The notes beneath the pieces were generated by a model. That model was not told the origin of the DNA and made no database searches. It saw only the letters and a list, made by a program, of their open reading frames with translations. Shown here in pieces: positions 10,567 to 25,664 of a DNA stretch of 64,000 bases. Source of the DNA: an uncultured Planctomycetota bacterium (GTDB lineage: Bacteria > Planctomycetota > Planctomycetia > Pirellulales > Lacipirellulaceae); contig CAVRBU010000002.1 in NCBI GenBank assembly GCA_963719315.1, positions 864,001 to 928,000 of the forward strand, in the 5' to 3' direction. A program made the position numbers and the translations under genes. Position 1 is the first letter of the stretch. Every line of letters starts with the position of its first letter.

Positions 10567-11448
10567 CTACAACTCTGGATGATCCGCCATCCATCGCTGC
10601 CAATCTCCCTCGTGCCCCGTCACATTAAGGACCTCTTGGCAGATGTCGCGGGGTTGGGCGCCGAGGCGCGACAACAGGTCCGTCGCTGCGCTCGGCCGAA
10701 TCTGGCACAGCGCTAACAGCAGATGCTCGGCGCCGGTGTATTCGTCACCGAGCGACTTGGCCGCCGCGTTGCTTTTGGCCGTGAGCGACTTGAGATAGGC
10801 GGAAGATACCTCGTCGCGACTCACCATTTCGCGGAGCGACCGCTTCACCATCTTGCAATCAATGTTAAGAGCTCGAAACGCATTTGCCGCAATGCCCCTC
10901 GATTCGTCAAGCATCGCCAAGAGCACATCAACGCTGTCCACATACACGCGCCGCGACTCGGCGGCCGATTCCCGTGCCGCGATCACAATCTGGTGCGCGC
11001 GGTCTGTGAACTCTGCGAACGCGGGGGCTGAGTTTCTGGCCGCGGCTGTTTCGGCCGCCGGTTCCTCGGTATCGAGTTGCAGCTCCTCATCGAATTGCAC
11101 CGGCGACGGTTGCTCGTCGTCGCGCCGGTAGAGTAGTAGGTGCAGCTTTTCGATCGTCACGGCGCCCTCGGCCACCATTTTATCGAGCACCGGCAGAAAA
11201 ACGGCGATCCGCTCTGCCGCATCGAGAATCTCGATGACGATCGGCACATCTTCCGAGAGGTGCAAGACTTTGACCGAGTGCACCCTGCCCGAGGCACCGT
11301 ATCCCTCAATGCCCCGCAATGCGGTTGCTCCGGCAAGTCCCTTCTCTTTGGCTGCGCGGATGATCATCTCGTAGAGGGGCCGGCCTTCCCACCGGTCGCT
11401 CTCGTTGACAAAGATCCGCAGCAAATGAGCCTGGCCTTCCGTTTTCAT
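10567..11448 (-). CDS. DUF190 (PII-like) domain fused to a Clp N-terminal repeat domain
   Basis: N-half LLRIFVNESDRWEGRPLYE...GLAGATALRGIEGYG...LSEDVPIVIE matches DUF190; C-half FTDRAHQIV..A...A....YVDSVDVLLAML and GDEYTGAEHLLLAL are two Clp_N repeats; GAGGAG RBS. Confidence 0.8.
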   Translation of the reverse strand: MKTEGQAHLLRIFVNESDRWEGRPLYEMIIRAAKEKGLAGATALRGIEGYGASGRVHSVKVLHLSEDVPIVIEILDAAERIAVFLPVLDKMVAEGAVTIEKLHLLLYRRDDEQPSPVQFDEELQLDTEEPAAETAAARNSAPAFAEFTDRAHQIVIAARESAAESRRVYVDSVDVLLAMLDESRGIAANAFRALNIDCKMVKRSLREMVSRDEVSSAYLKSLTAKSNAAAKSLGDEYTGAEHLLLALCQIRPSAATDLLSRLGAQPRDICQEVLNVTGHEGDWQRWMADHPEL

Positions 11449-11772
11449 CAACACTCCTCAAACCGCTACAAACTTCCAAAACCCAGCCTCGCTGCTAGCA
11501 GTCGCGGGCAAAACCGGCAACTCTCATTTTATTGGCGTGACGCATATTACCGATCTTAACTGATGGCCGGACTTTGTGTCCCCACCCGCCGTATGCCGCA
11601 AGTTCTTTCGCCCTTGAAGCTTAAGCACAGTCGGACAATCGCCGGGGAGCAACTGGTGCGCTGCGAAGTTGAAGCGAGTTTCGCCCCCGCAAGCGACTCG
11701 CCCAATTCTTCTATGACCGAATATAGCCGCGCACAGTCTCAAAGACACCAGGAATCGGCCGAAAGGCTCGAC

Positions 11773-14260
11773 ATGGAAGTTGAGAAACAGCCCAGCCCTT
11801 GGCCCTGCGCGGTGATGCTCTTGGCGTTGCTATTGTGCTGCCTCGCGGCACCTTGGTACTGGCAGCAAGATCCCTCGGCCGAATCCACGGACGCAACCGG
11901 TTTCCCCCGAGACAGCCTATTTGGTCACACAGGGAGTTCTGCTCCCCCGACTCCTAGCGTCCTACGAGGATTGCATTTCAACTTCGGCGGTACGAAGGTC
12001 GGCATGCTCGGTCAAGAGCCCGGCAACGCCTTGCCAAACCTGTGGGCGCCGCCAACGATTGAGGAGTTGATCGCGGCCCGCGGAGCAACCAATCAATTTG
12101 ATCCCTCGATCTGCCACTTCAACGACCAACCATCTTATTGGCAGCCGTTAGAAGCTCCGTCGAATAGCACTGCTCAATCGGGCGACGCCTACGACGCTCT
12201 TCCGCCGAGTGAACCGATTGAGTTTGATCCAGAGGTCACGACATCGCTGGAAACCATTGGCGCCGCGATTGCGGCGTTTGCGCCGGATAACGTCGTGCCC
12301 GAGTTTGCCGGGCGTATTTTCGACGCCGTTCCGAAGTACGTCGTTGCGTGGTCGAATATTACGCCGATTATGGAGTCGAGCGTATCCTCACATTCCACAC
12401 TTCAATTAATCCTGCCGGAAGAACAGTTGGCAAGGCCTGTAGCCGCGCCAAAGAAAACCCCCTGGTGCGTGCCGCAAGCCTTGTACGAGCAACTTGAGCG
12501 GCTGGCCGAACCTGCTTACACGGCCCAATGGGCAAGCTACGTCGGCAACCAGTTGCACGCGCTGACCGATCGCGACCAGCTTGAGGGTGATGATGTCCAA
12601 GCGATCCTCTCGGACCTCAGTGGCGCGGCCCAGGAAGCGCTTCGCCTGGCGGAAGGCGCCGACGACGCTCGGCTCCGAGTCGAATTGTTGCGAGCCCACT
12701 GGGCCTTGGCCCGGCGGATCGATTGTTGGTCCGCGATGCACGAAGAGCGAGTAGCGTTCCACGTCCAAGGCCGCGTCGCCGCGCGAGGTGAGTTGAGCCC
12801 GTACTTCGACAGCGCGCACCAGCGAGTCGCCCACGCCTGCCGAAATCGCCGAACTCAGCAAAGACCTTGAATCCTACGAAAGGTTTCGCGACCCGCAATT
12901 GGGACAGCACATCATCGAACAACAACGGTCTCTGGCCGCATCACCCGCCTCGTTCGATCGCACGCTGGCCGACGCCGTCGAGCAGCATTACCGCAACGCG
13001 AACATTCGTGTCGCTATTACGGCCCAAATGGTCAACCGGATGATCAATGCCGAGCGTTCCGAATCTCGGCCGGTACGCGAAAGCATCGCAGGCGCCTTTG
13101 TCCGCGGCCAGTCGGACGTTTACTCGCAGAGCCAAGTGGAGCTCGAGCCGGCTGATGACGAATGGCAAATGCGCGTGCGAACCAAGGGAGTTGTCGAATC
13201 CAACACGCTGGCCAACGCTGGTCCGGTACGTCTCCGCAGCCGCGGAGCGACCGATTTTTCGGGCAGTAAATCGGTCATCGTCCGCTCGGACGGCGTTCAC
13301 ATGCAGTCGAGCAACGTCGAGGCAACGTCGCGGAGCCGCCTCGTCGGCGTCACGACCGATTATGATTGGATCCCGCTATTCGGCAGCATGACGCGCGACC
13401 GGGCCATGCAGGAATACCAGGCGAAACAGAGATTCGTTCGAAATGCCATGGAGTCGCGGGTATCTTCGGAAGCCAGCGACATGCTTGACCGCGACACGCA
13501 CGAGGCAATGGAGCAGGCTCGCCAGAGGCTCTACGCTCGATTCACGGAACACTTCGACCAGTATGGCATTAAGCTCTCGACGATCGAAATGAAATCGACG
13601 CCCGAGCGGCTCGTCGCGCGTGTTCGCGTCGCCAGCGACGACCAACTCGGCTCGCACACGCCGCGCCCGCGGGCGCTTTCCGATAGCCTCGCGAGTGTTC
13701 AATTGCATGAATCGGCAATGAACAATTTGGCTGTGACGCTTGGTCTCGATGGCCAGCGCCTCACAGGCGCCGAGTTGCAGCAGAAGCTACGCGAGCGGTT
13801 CCCGCAGATGGCTGAGCGCGACCCGCAAGAAACACGCCGCGATACGGTCTTCCAATTCGCGCCGAAGGATGCCGTGCAGTTTCACATTAGCGGTGGAAAA
13901 CTCGAACTTAAGGTCGCTTTCGATAGTGTGGAACTCGACGGCACACCAATGCCGAATGTCACGGTGCATGCGAAATATACGCCGGTCGTCGATGGGCTGA
14001 ACGCCGACCTGAAGCGCGGCGGCGCACTAGGTATCGAAGGCAGGTTCAGTTCGAGAGAACGCGCACGCTTGCACAACATCTTCCAGAGCGTCTTCCCATC
14101 AGATCGGACACTGCGGATCGCGCACCTCGGCGACCACGACAAACACCGGCTTGAGGGCCTGATGATCACGCAACTCGTCCTGGAAGACGGTTGGATCGGC
14201 CTGGCGATTGGACCCGAGTCGACCAATCGCGTCGCCGAACGTTCACGCTCACTGCGCTAG
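11773..14260 (+). CDS. Large N-terminally membrane-anchored hypothetical protein (apparent indel near 12815)
   Basis: Hydrophobic segment PWPCAVMLLALLLCCLAAPWYW; ORFs 11563..12870 and 12899..14260 join across a frameshift (second frame reads TSESPTPAEIAELSKDLESYE into GQHIIEQ). Confidence 0.65.
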
Positions 14261-14285
14261 GCAGACGCCGCTCAAATCGCGGCAG

Positions 14286-14504
14286 CTACTCGAAGGCTGC
14301 GATCTTTTCGCGAACGCGTTGCCACCACGATTGCAGCCGCTTTTGCGTTGAGCCGTTGCGTTCGATCCTGGAACTCGTGAGTTCGGCCATTGCCGCTTGC
14401 CAGTCTTCGGCGCCGTCGCCGGGCGGGCAGCCGCGGGCCTGCCAGATTTCGTACGCGCGCTCCGCAATTTCGTCATCGGAAATAACTGTATGACTGGACT
14501 TCAT
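14286..14504 (-). CDS. DUF2934 domain-containing small protein
   Basis: EIAERAYEIWQARGCPPGDGAEDWQAA is the DUF2934 signature; GGAGG RBS. Confidence 0.8.
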   Translation of the reverse strand: MKSSHTVISDDEIAERAYEIWQARGCPPGDGAEDWQAAMAELTSSRIERNGSTQKRLQSWWQRVREKIAAFE

Positions 14505-14732
14505 CCTTCCCTCCAATGTGCCTGGCCTCGAGGCTGGCACTCAAAATGTTCGCCTAGAATCCATTAGTTGCTCATTATTCCACCCTATTTTGCCTGGCAG
14601 CGTCAAGAGAAGTTCGGCCACAGCAAAACTTGCCCACAGGCCACTTGAAATTGGGAATATTTCGGAGGGAGAATGCGGAACAGTGGTTTGACACCACATT
14701 GCCAAGCCAGATGGCCAAATAAGGAGGGCGGC

Positions 14733-16667
14733 ATGACGACGGAAAGATATCAGCAACGCGTTTTGGCGAGCTTTTCGCGGGCAAATCGTCCGGGCTGGAT
14801 CGTGGGTTTGCTTTACGTCGCCGCCATCGCCGGTCCGGCATGCGGCAACGCCACTGGCCCGGCCCGGGCGGAGGCCGAACGCCTTGTTGCGGCCGCAGCC
14901 CAAGCCGAAATCGCCGGCGATACGCCCCGCTTCCTGACTCTTCTGAACGATGCGCTCCGCAGTGACCCCGACAATAAGATCGCCCACTGGCAACTCGGAC
15001 AGGTGCAACTCGATGACAAATGGGTGACCGTGGAAGAGGCCCAGCGCCGGGCCGCCGCCGATCCGCTGCAGGCCGAGTACCGCCAGCGCCGCGCCGCGGC
15101 GGGGCCGAATGCGCGCGAGCAAATTGTCCTCGCCCGCTGGTGCCGCGACAACAAATTGAACGATGAAGCCGATCTCCATTGGGCTGTCGTCCTTTCGCTC
15201 GATCCGACCAACAAGGAAGCGCTTCGCGCCGTTGACATGTTGTGGAAAGACGGGCGTCTCGTGAAGCGCAATGAACCCTCCCAACAAAAACAACAGGCTC
15301 AGGCAGCGAAGAACGCGGCCAAGCATTGGGAGCCGATTATCGCCAAGTGGCGTCGTGCGGTCGCTGGCCGGGACATTCACGCCCACGACGATGCCCTCAC
15401 CGAAATCCAAGCGATCACCCAGCTTGATGCAATTCCATCGATCGAATCCGTGACATTGGGCCGCGACTCATACGACATGAAGCACGCCGAGGAGTGCTTG
15501 CAGATCGCCGTCGCATTCCTGGACGCACTCGGGAAGATGCCCGACCAGGCTTCCACCGAGTCGCTCGTGCGGTACGCCGTGCTCTCGCCCGGAAACAAGG
15601 CGCGGAATTCGGCGATTGAAAAGCTGAAGTCGCGAGATCAGCACGATTACGTGCCGATCCTGTTGAGCGGGTTGGCGATGCAGATCGAATCTTCCTTCAG
15701 TGTGGCGACCGACCCGGACGGTAGCGTCCACTATACGCACGCGTTGTATCGAGAAGGGCCAGAGTCGGACTGGTCGTACGATCTTCAAAGGACAGCCTAC
15801 CAGCAGGACTTTGGCGGCCGCAGAATCCGCGTTGACCTCTACACAAATACGGCTGAATTTGGGCCTCCAACTGAATCACCGCTTGTCATCGCAGCTAAGA
15901 AAGCGGTAGTTGCCTCCGCTGCGCAGAATCGCTACGGCCAGAGCGCAACAGTAACGGAAATACAAGTCGCCCGTGAAAATCAAACGGCGGAAGAATTGAA
16001 CTCTCGTATTATTCCCGTATTGGCAGGCACGACTGGGAAAGATTATGGTGATAACCCAAAGGCCTGGTGGGATTGGTGGCGCAATCAGAATGAGTACTAT
16101 GCGACAGAACATCCGGTCGACCAGCATTACGACTCGGATTGTGTGCATTATTACTATGGTTTTCCCAAGTACGAATTTTATAACTCTGGACCCCAGTATC
16201 CTGTGGCTGGCAGACGATATTCGTGCTTCGCCAAAGGTACAATCGTGTGGACTAAGACGGGCAAAAAGGCGATTGAGGCTGTCGAGCTTGGAGACCTTGT
16301 TCTCTCCCAGGATGTGAATACCGGCGAACTTAAGTACAAACCCGTCATTATGGCCACGGTCCGACCGTCCAGCCCAGTGTTAAAGCTCACACTGGAAAAC
16401 GAACAGCTTGTCTCCACGCTCGGTCATCCCTTCTGGGTCGCCGGCATAGGTTGGCGGATGGCCAAGGAACTGGACGACGCGAAACTGCACGGCGTGGCCG
16501 GCTCGACTCGCGTTCAATCGATGGAACCAGCGCCCGATGCCGAGGCCTACAACCTCGTGGTCGCCGATTTCAACACGTACTTTGTCGGCGAGAGCGGCAT
16601 CCTTGTCCACGACAACACGCCCCGCCAGCCCACGCGAGCCATCGTGCCAGGACTAATCACGCGATAG
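14733..16667 (+). CDS. Secreted helical-repeat protein with C-terminal polymorphic-toxin-type Hint domain
   Basis: AAGGAGG RBS, N-terminal hydrophobic signal, helical body, then SCFAKGT...GDLVLS...TLGHPFWV...YNLVV.DFNTYFVG..GILVHDNT. Confidence 0.85.
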   Translation: MTTERYQQRVLASFSRANRPGWIVGLLYVAAIAGPACGNATGPARAEAERLVAAAAQAEIAGDTPRFLTLLNDALRSDPDNKIAHWQLGQVQLDDKWVTVEEAQRRAAADPLQAEYRQRRAAAGPNAREQIVLARWCRDNKLNDEADLHWAVVLSLDPTNKEALRAVDMLWKDGRLVKRNEPSQQKQQAQAAKNAAKHWEPIIAKWRRAVAGRDIHAHDDALTEIQAITQLDAIPSIESVTLGRDSYDMKHAEECLQIAVAFLDALGKMPDQASTESLVRYAVLSPGNKARNSAIEKLKSRDQHDYVPILLSGLAMQIESSFSVATDPDGSVHYTHALYREGPESDWSYDLQRTAYQQDFGGRRIRVDLYTNTAEFGPPTESPLVIAAKKAVVASAAQNRYGQSATVTEIQVARENQTAEELNSRIIPVLAGTTGKDYGDNPKAWWDWWRNQNEYYATEHPVDQHYDSDCVHYYYGFPKYEFYNSGPQYPVAGRRYSCFAKGTIVWTKTGKKAIEAVELGDLVLSQDVNTGELKYKPVIMATVRPSSPVLKLTLENEQLVSTLGHPFWVAGIGWRMAKELDDAKLHGVAGSTRVQSMEPAPDAEAYNLVVADFNTYFVGESGILVHDNTPRQPTRAIVPGLITR

Positions 16668-16839
16668 TCGCCGCGCTCGCTAGGTCATTGGGTGGCTGGG
16701 GTCGAGCCTGCCGCTGCGGACGAACAACCAGCAGCGCTCGGGCCCGCGCACAATTCAAACTGACCGCTCCGTATCCAGAGCGAGTCCTCTTCTTTCACAA
16801 CACGGCCATATTTGGCCGACTTGCGACGTTTCGCCCGGC

Positions 16840-16855
16840 CGGCACGCCTTTTGCA
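16840..16855 (+). promoter_or_regulatory. Sigma54 (-24/-12) promoter candidate
   Basis: CGGCACGCCTTTTGCA matches YGGCACG-N4-TTGCW with exact GG-N10-GC spacing, upstream of the small ORF at 16968. Confidence 0.65.
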
Positions 16856-16967
16856 TTACTTGCCTTCGATTGATTTCAAATTCTCGGGCGACGCGCAATG
16901 GTTGCCGTGTCCGCTTTTTTGAGGGCTGTTCAACCATAGTCCGTCTCACGCATACAAGGAGTAAACC

Positions 16968-17099
16968 ATGGCCGTTTTAGCACTCACTACTCCCGTCATG
17001 CTGGCCGCGGCCGGCTACTCGCTGCTCTATCTACTGTTGGGTGGTGGATTCGGCGGCGCGATCTTGATTTTCATCGTCGCTAAGATGTTGGGAAAATAG
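16968..17099 (+). CDS. Unannotated 43-aa hydrophobic membrane peptide
   Basis: AAGGAG RBS then MAVLALTTPVMLAAAGYSLLYLLLGGGFGGAILIFIVAKMLGK*; shorter than any ORF in the supplied track. Confidence 0.7.
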   Translation: MAVLALTTPVMLAAAGYSLLYLLLGGGFGGAILIFIVAKMLGK

Positions 17100-17164
17100 A
17101 TGCTGAAAAAAGCCGACCGCGAGCTTACGCTGGTCGAGCAATGCAGGGCATGTTCCGTCGGCGT

Positions 17165-18742
17165 TCACGCGCCGGCGAGCATGCCCTGTGTTATTCCCGG
17201 CGCCGGCAGCGTGCTCGTGCCCATGAGAAATTCGTCGATGGAGCGAGCGGCGCCCCGCCCTTCGTTGATGGCCCACACCACGAGCGATTGGCCGCGGCGG
17301 CAGTCGCCGGCGGCGAATACGTTCGGCACGTTCGTCGCGAACCTGCTGTGATCGGCCTTGAATGTTTCCCAATTCCCGCGAGGTCGCTGCGTCTCGACGC
17401 CCAGCATCTCACCGACCTGTAACTCTGGTCCGAGGAAACCGGTCGCGAGCAGCACGAGGTCGGCCGGCCAGATCTTTTCGGTGCCCGGGACTTCCGTGAA
17501 AGCCGCTTTTTCGCCCGGTTTCGACCAATCGACGAGTGCCGTCTTGATTCCCTTCACCCGTCCGCTGCCATCGTCCACGAATTCCTTCGTGTGCATGTTA
17601 TATTCGCGCGGGTCGTGCCCGAAGCGGGCCTTCGTTTCGGCGTGCGAATAATCGATGCGAAAAATCCTTGGCCACTCCGGCCAGGGATTGTTGGCCGCCC
17701 GCTCGGCCGGCGGTCGATCGAGCAATTCGAAGTTGGTCATGCTTTGGCAGCCGTGTCGCAGCGACGTTCCGATGCAGTCGGCACCCGTGTCACCACCGCC
17801 GATCACGATCACGTCCAGGCCTTTCGCGGAGATATAGTGGCCGTTGTTGAGTGCGTTATCCAGCAGGCTCTTGGTGCTGCGCGTGAGGAAATCCATTGCT
17901 AGATGAATGCCTTTCAACCCGCGCCCTGGGCACCGCGCCGTCGGATCGAACGGCTTCGTCGCCCCGGTGGCGAGTAAAAGCGCGTCGTTTTCTTCCAGCA
18001 ATTGCTTGGGATCGATGAACTTCATGGCGCACCCGCGCTCATGCATGATCTGCGTCATGTGCCCGCTTGCGTATTCCTCCTGCCGGCCCACATGCGCACA
18101 CGTGATGAAACTCACTCCCTCGGCCGTGAGCAAATCGACGCGGCGCTGCACGACGCCTTTGTCGAGCTTCATGTTCGGAATGCCATACATCAACAGGCCG
18201 CCGATTCGGTCGGCCCGCTCGTACACGGTGACGTGATGTCCAGCTTTGTTGAGCTGCGCGGCGGCCGCCAAGCCGGCCGGCCCACTCCCGACGATCGCAA
18301 CGCGCTTCCCGGTCCGTTGCGACGGCGGTTGGGGCGTCACCCAGCCCTCTTCGAAACCGCGGTCGATGATCGCGTTTTCGATGTTCTTGATCGTCACCGC
18401 CGGATCGGTGATGCCGAGCACGCACGCCCCTTCACAAGGCGCCGGGCACGTGCGGCCGGTAAACTCGGGAAAATTGTTCGTCTTGTGGAGCCGGTCGAGG
18501 GCATCCTTCCAGCGCCCCTGGTAGACGAGGTCGTTCCATTCGGGAATCAGGTTATCGATCGGGCAGCCCGATTCGCTCTGGCAGAACGGCACGCCGCAAT
18601 CCATGCACCGGGCCCCCTGCGTGCGCAGTTGCAGCTCGGCCGGCGCGGTGTAGATTTCCAGGAAATCTTGCACCCGCACCAGTGGATCACGATATGGAAC
18701 CGCCTGCCGCTCGAATTCCTTAAAACCTGTGGGTTTACCCAT
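17165..18742 (-). CDS. gltD: Glutamate synthase small subunit
   Basis: [74 protein letters not shown]. Confidence 0.95.
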   Translation of the reverse strand: MGKPTGFKEFERQAVPYRDPLVRVQDFLEIYTAPAELQLRTQGARCMDCGVPFCQSESGCPIDNLIPEWNDLVYQGRWKDALDRLHKTNNFPEFTGRTCPAPCEGACVLGITDPAVTIKNIENAIIDRGFEEGWVTPQPPSQRTGKRVAIVGSGPAGLAAAAQLNKAGHHVTVYERADRIGGLLMYGIPNMKLDKGVVQRRVDLLTAEGVSFITCAHVGRQEEYASGHMTQIMHERGCAMKFIDPKQLLEENDALLLATGATKPFDPTARCPGRGLKGIHLAMDFLTRSTKSLLDNALNNGHYISAKGLDVIVIGGGDTGADCIGTSLRHGCQSMTNFELLDRPPAERAANNPWPEWPRIFRIDYSHAETKARFGHDPREYNMHTKEFVDDGSGRVKGIKTALVDWSKPGEKAAFTEVPGTEKIWPADLVLLATGFLGPELQVGEMLGVETQRPRGNWETFKADHSRFATNVPNVFAAGDCRRGQSLVVWAINEGRGAARSIDEFLMGTSTLPAPGITQGMLAGA

Positions 18743-18785
18743 ACTCAATTCTTCCGTCCCGGGAGGACGAATGAGCCCAATTCAC

Positions 18786-23468
<4,683 letters not shown>

Positions 23469-23478
23469 TGCGATTCTC

Positions 23479-24462
23479 CTACTCCGCTACCGCAGCCATT
23501 GCTGCCACGCGTGGTCGCACTCCGTGGCCATTCGATTCAGCGACTGCGACCGGCGATTTCGCAGCCGCCTTTGATTCCGGATTTGATTGTGTTTGTAACA
23601 ATTGAATGAACTGCTGGGCCGTTTCGTTCAGCTTTCGATCGCGACGGTGGATGATGCCCAGCGGGCCGTCCAGCGCAACGCCATCCAGCGGAATCTGCAC
23701 CAACGAGCCGGATTCGACTTCCCTCGCAATCGTCGGCTCCGGAAGCAGGCTCACACCGGCCCCGATTTCGATGGCCCGTTTGATCGTTTCAATGTTGTCG
23801 AACTCTAGCGCAATTTTCACGCGCACTTTGTACAACGCGAGCGCGCGATCAATCTCATCGCGAATCTTCAGGCCCGCTTGAAATGCCACAAACGGCTCGC
23901 CCGACAACTTCTCGAGCGTAGCACTGCGATGTTTAGTAAGCGGGTGGTGCGGCGAACAAACCAGCACCATGGGCTCCGTTCGCCACGGCAGCGCAGCCAG
24001 ACTTGCCGAATCTTCCGGGTAGCTCACCAAGCCCAGATCGGCCTGACCTTGATCGACTTCTTCGTATACTCGATGCGGGTGGACGTATTCTAATCGCACG
24101 TCGGCCGTCGGGTGGGCCGCCAAAAACTCCCGCATGCAGCCGCTCATGTGCGCAAGACCGACGGAATAGATCGAAGCAATTGTCAGCCTGGCAGCCATCG
24201 CTTCGTGTAGCGAGCGAACCTCGCGTTCCAGATCGTCATATCGCTGCACGATCACGCGCGAGCCCTCGTGGAAACGCTTGCCCTCGGGAGTCAGCACAAA
24301 TGGCCGCTTGGACCTGTCGATTAACTTGACGCCCATTCGTTCTTCTAACTGATGCACGACCTGGCTCGCGTTCGATTGCGATACGCCGTTGAGTTTCGCT
24401 GCTCGCGAAAAGCTCTTCATGTCGACGATGTCACAATAGATTTTTAGAAAACGAAGATGCAT
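23479..24462 (-). CDS. LysR family transcriptional regulator
   Basis: N-terminal [29 protein letters not shown], substrate-binding domain with [20 protein letters not shown]; 10 nt upstream of gltB. Confidence 0.92.
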   Translation of the reverse strand: MHLRFLKIYCDIVDMKSFSRAAKLNGVSQSNASQVVHQLEERMGVKLIDRSKRPFVLTPEGKRFHEGSRVIVQRYDDLEREVRSLHEAMAARLTIASIYSVGLAHMSGCMREFLAAHPTADVRLEYVHPHRVYEEVDQGQADLGLVSYPEDSASLAALPWRTEPMVLVCSPHHPLTKHRSATLEKLSGEPFVAFQAGLKIRDEIDRALALYKVRVKIALEFDNIETIKRAIEIGAGVSLLPEPTIAREVESGSLVQIPLDGVALDGPLGIIHRRDRKLNETAQQFIQLLQTQSNPESKAAAKSPVAVAESNGHGVRPRVAAMAAVAE

Positions 24463-24876
24463 GAGGGTAAATCACCTTCAAGAAATCAAGCAGTATCACA
24501 TTGATGCGGCGCAGCCGACGATTCGACGCGCCGCTGGACCAAACAGCGCCAGCATGACGATGCCAAATTAATACTCGACTCAGCCGCCGAATTGCGGCGA
24601 ACGAACGCAGGAAAAGCTAAGCCGCCAATTTATCAATAATTTGAATATCGGATAGAGCCAAGATTAACAACCAGAATAGTAGGTTAGCTAGCTCCTCCGG
24701 TGCTGTCAAGACGCTAAGGAGTTACCCGGATGGCATTTGGCAACCTTTGAAAATTCGGCCAGAATCGGGCTTTTGTGGTGAAATTGGCGGCATTTCGGGA
24801 CTCTGAGAAGGCTTCGGCGAGGGCGGAAAGCTACAATCGAAGGACACCAAGCCCGCCCCTTTTGCGGACACTTCGC

Positions 24877-25542
24877 ATGGAATACCTGCTTGATTTTGTT
24901 CTCCATCTCGACACGCATTTGGCAGCGTTTGTCGCGCAGTATGGGCCATGGGTTTACGGGTTGTTGTTCCTGATCGTGTTCGCCGAAACGGGTTTGGTCG
25001 TGACACCATTTCTGCCTGGCGACTCGCTCTTGTTTGCCGCTGGCGCAATTGCCGCCACGAGCGGCAGCCAAATGAATGTGTGGCTCTTGTTCGCGTTGTT
25101 GGCGGTCGCCGCGATTCTGGGCGACGCCGTCAACTACGCCATCGGTCACTTCGTGGGCCCGCGCATTTTCCGCGCGGAAGATCGGACCAGCATTTGGCAC
25201 CGGTTGCTGAATCGCAACCACCTGATGGAAGCCCATGCCTTTTTCGAACGGCACGGCGGCAAGGCAGTGATCCTGGGCCGCTTCGCTCCGATCATCCGGA
25301 CATTCGTGCCCTTCGTCGCCGGTTGCGGGTCGATGTCCTACCCGCAATTCGCGTTTTTCAATATTACGGGCGCGCTCCTGTGGGTCGGTCTGTGCCTGGG
25401 CGGCGGCTATTTCTTTGGCGGGCGGCAGATCGTGAAGGACAATTTCGAACTCGTGCTTGTCGCAATCGTTCTGATCTCGCTGCTACCAATCGCCTGGGGA
25501 TACATCTCCAGCCGCATGAAACGCGAAGCGATTGAGCCATAA
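24877..25542 (+). CDS. dedA: DedA family membrane protein
   Basis: LIVFAETGLVVTPFLPGDSLLFAAG, GDAVNY, GRFAPIIRTFVPFVAG. Confidence 0.92.
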   Translation: MEYLLDFVLHLDTHLAAFVAQYGPWVYGLLFLIVFAETGLVVTPFLPGDSLLFAAGAIAATSGSQMNVWLLFALLAVAAILGDAVNYAIGHFVGPRIFRAEDRTSIWHRLLNRNHLMEAHAFFERHGGKAVILGRFAPIIRTFVPFVAGCGSMSYPQFAFFNITGALLWVGLCLGGGYFFGGRQIVKDNFELVLVAIVLISLLPIAWGYISSRMKREAIEP

Positions 25543-25556
25543 GGCAGAATGATTTC

Positions 25557-25658
25557 GGGTAGCCATCCTCGTTTGCCATGCCTTCGCCGCCGCGGCGTAG
25601 GCATGTGTCACGGATTGCATTCGCATGCTTACGCGGCGGCCGCGGAAGGATGCCACCC
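25557..25658. repeat. REP-like nested palindrome between convergent genes
   Basis: gggtagccatcc...ggatgccaccc outer arms enclosing catgccttcgccgccgcggcgtaggcatg and catgcttacgcggcggccgcggaaggatg hairpins. Confidence 0.55.
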
Positions 25659-25664
25659 ATTCGG

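Noticed and set aside
14733..17099. Polymorphic toxin-immunity pair (Hint protein plus downstream small ORF)
   Set aside because: No toxin domain after the Hint, and the small ORF is 300 nt away with its own promoter candidate
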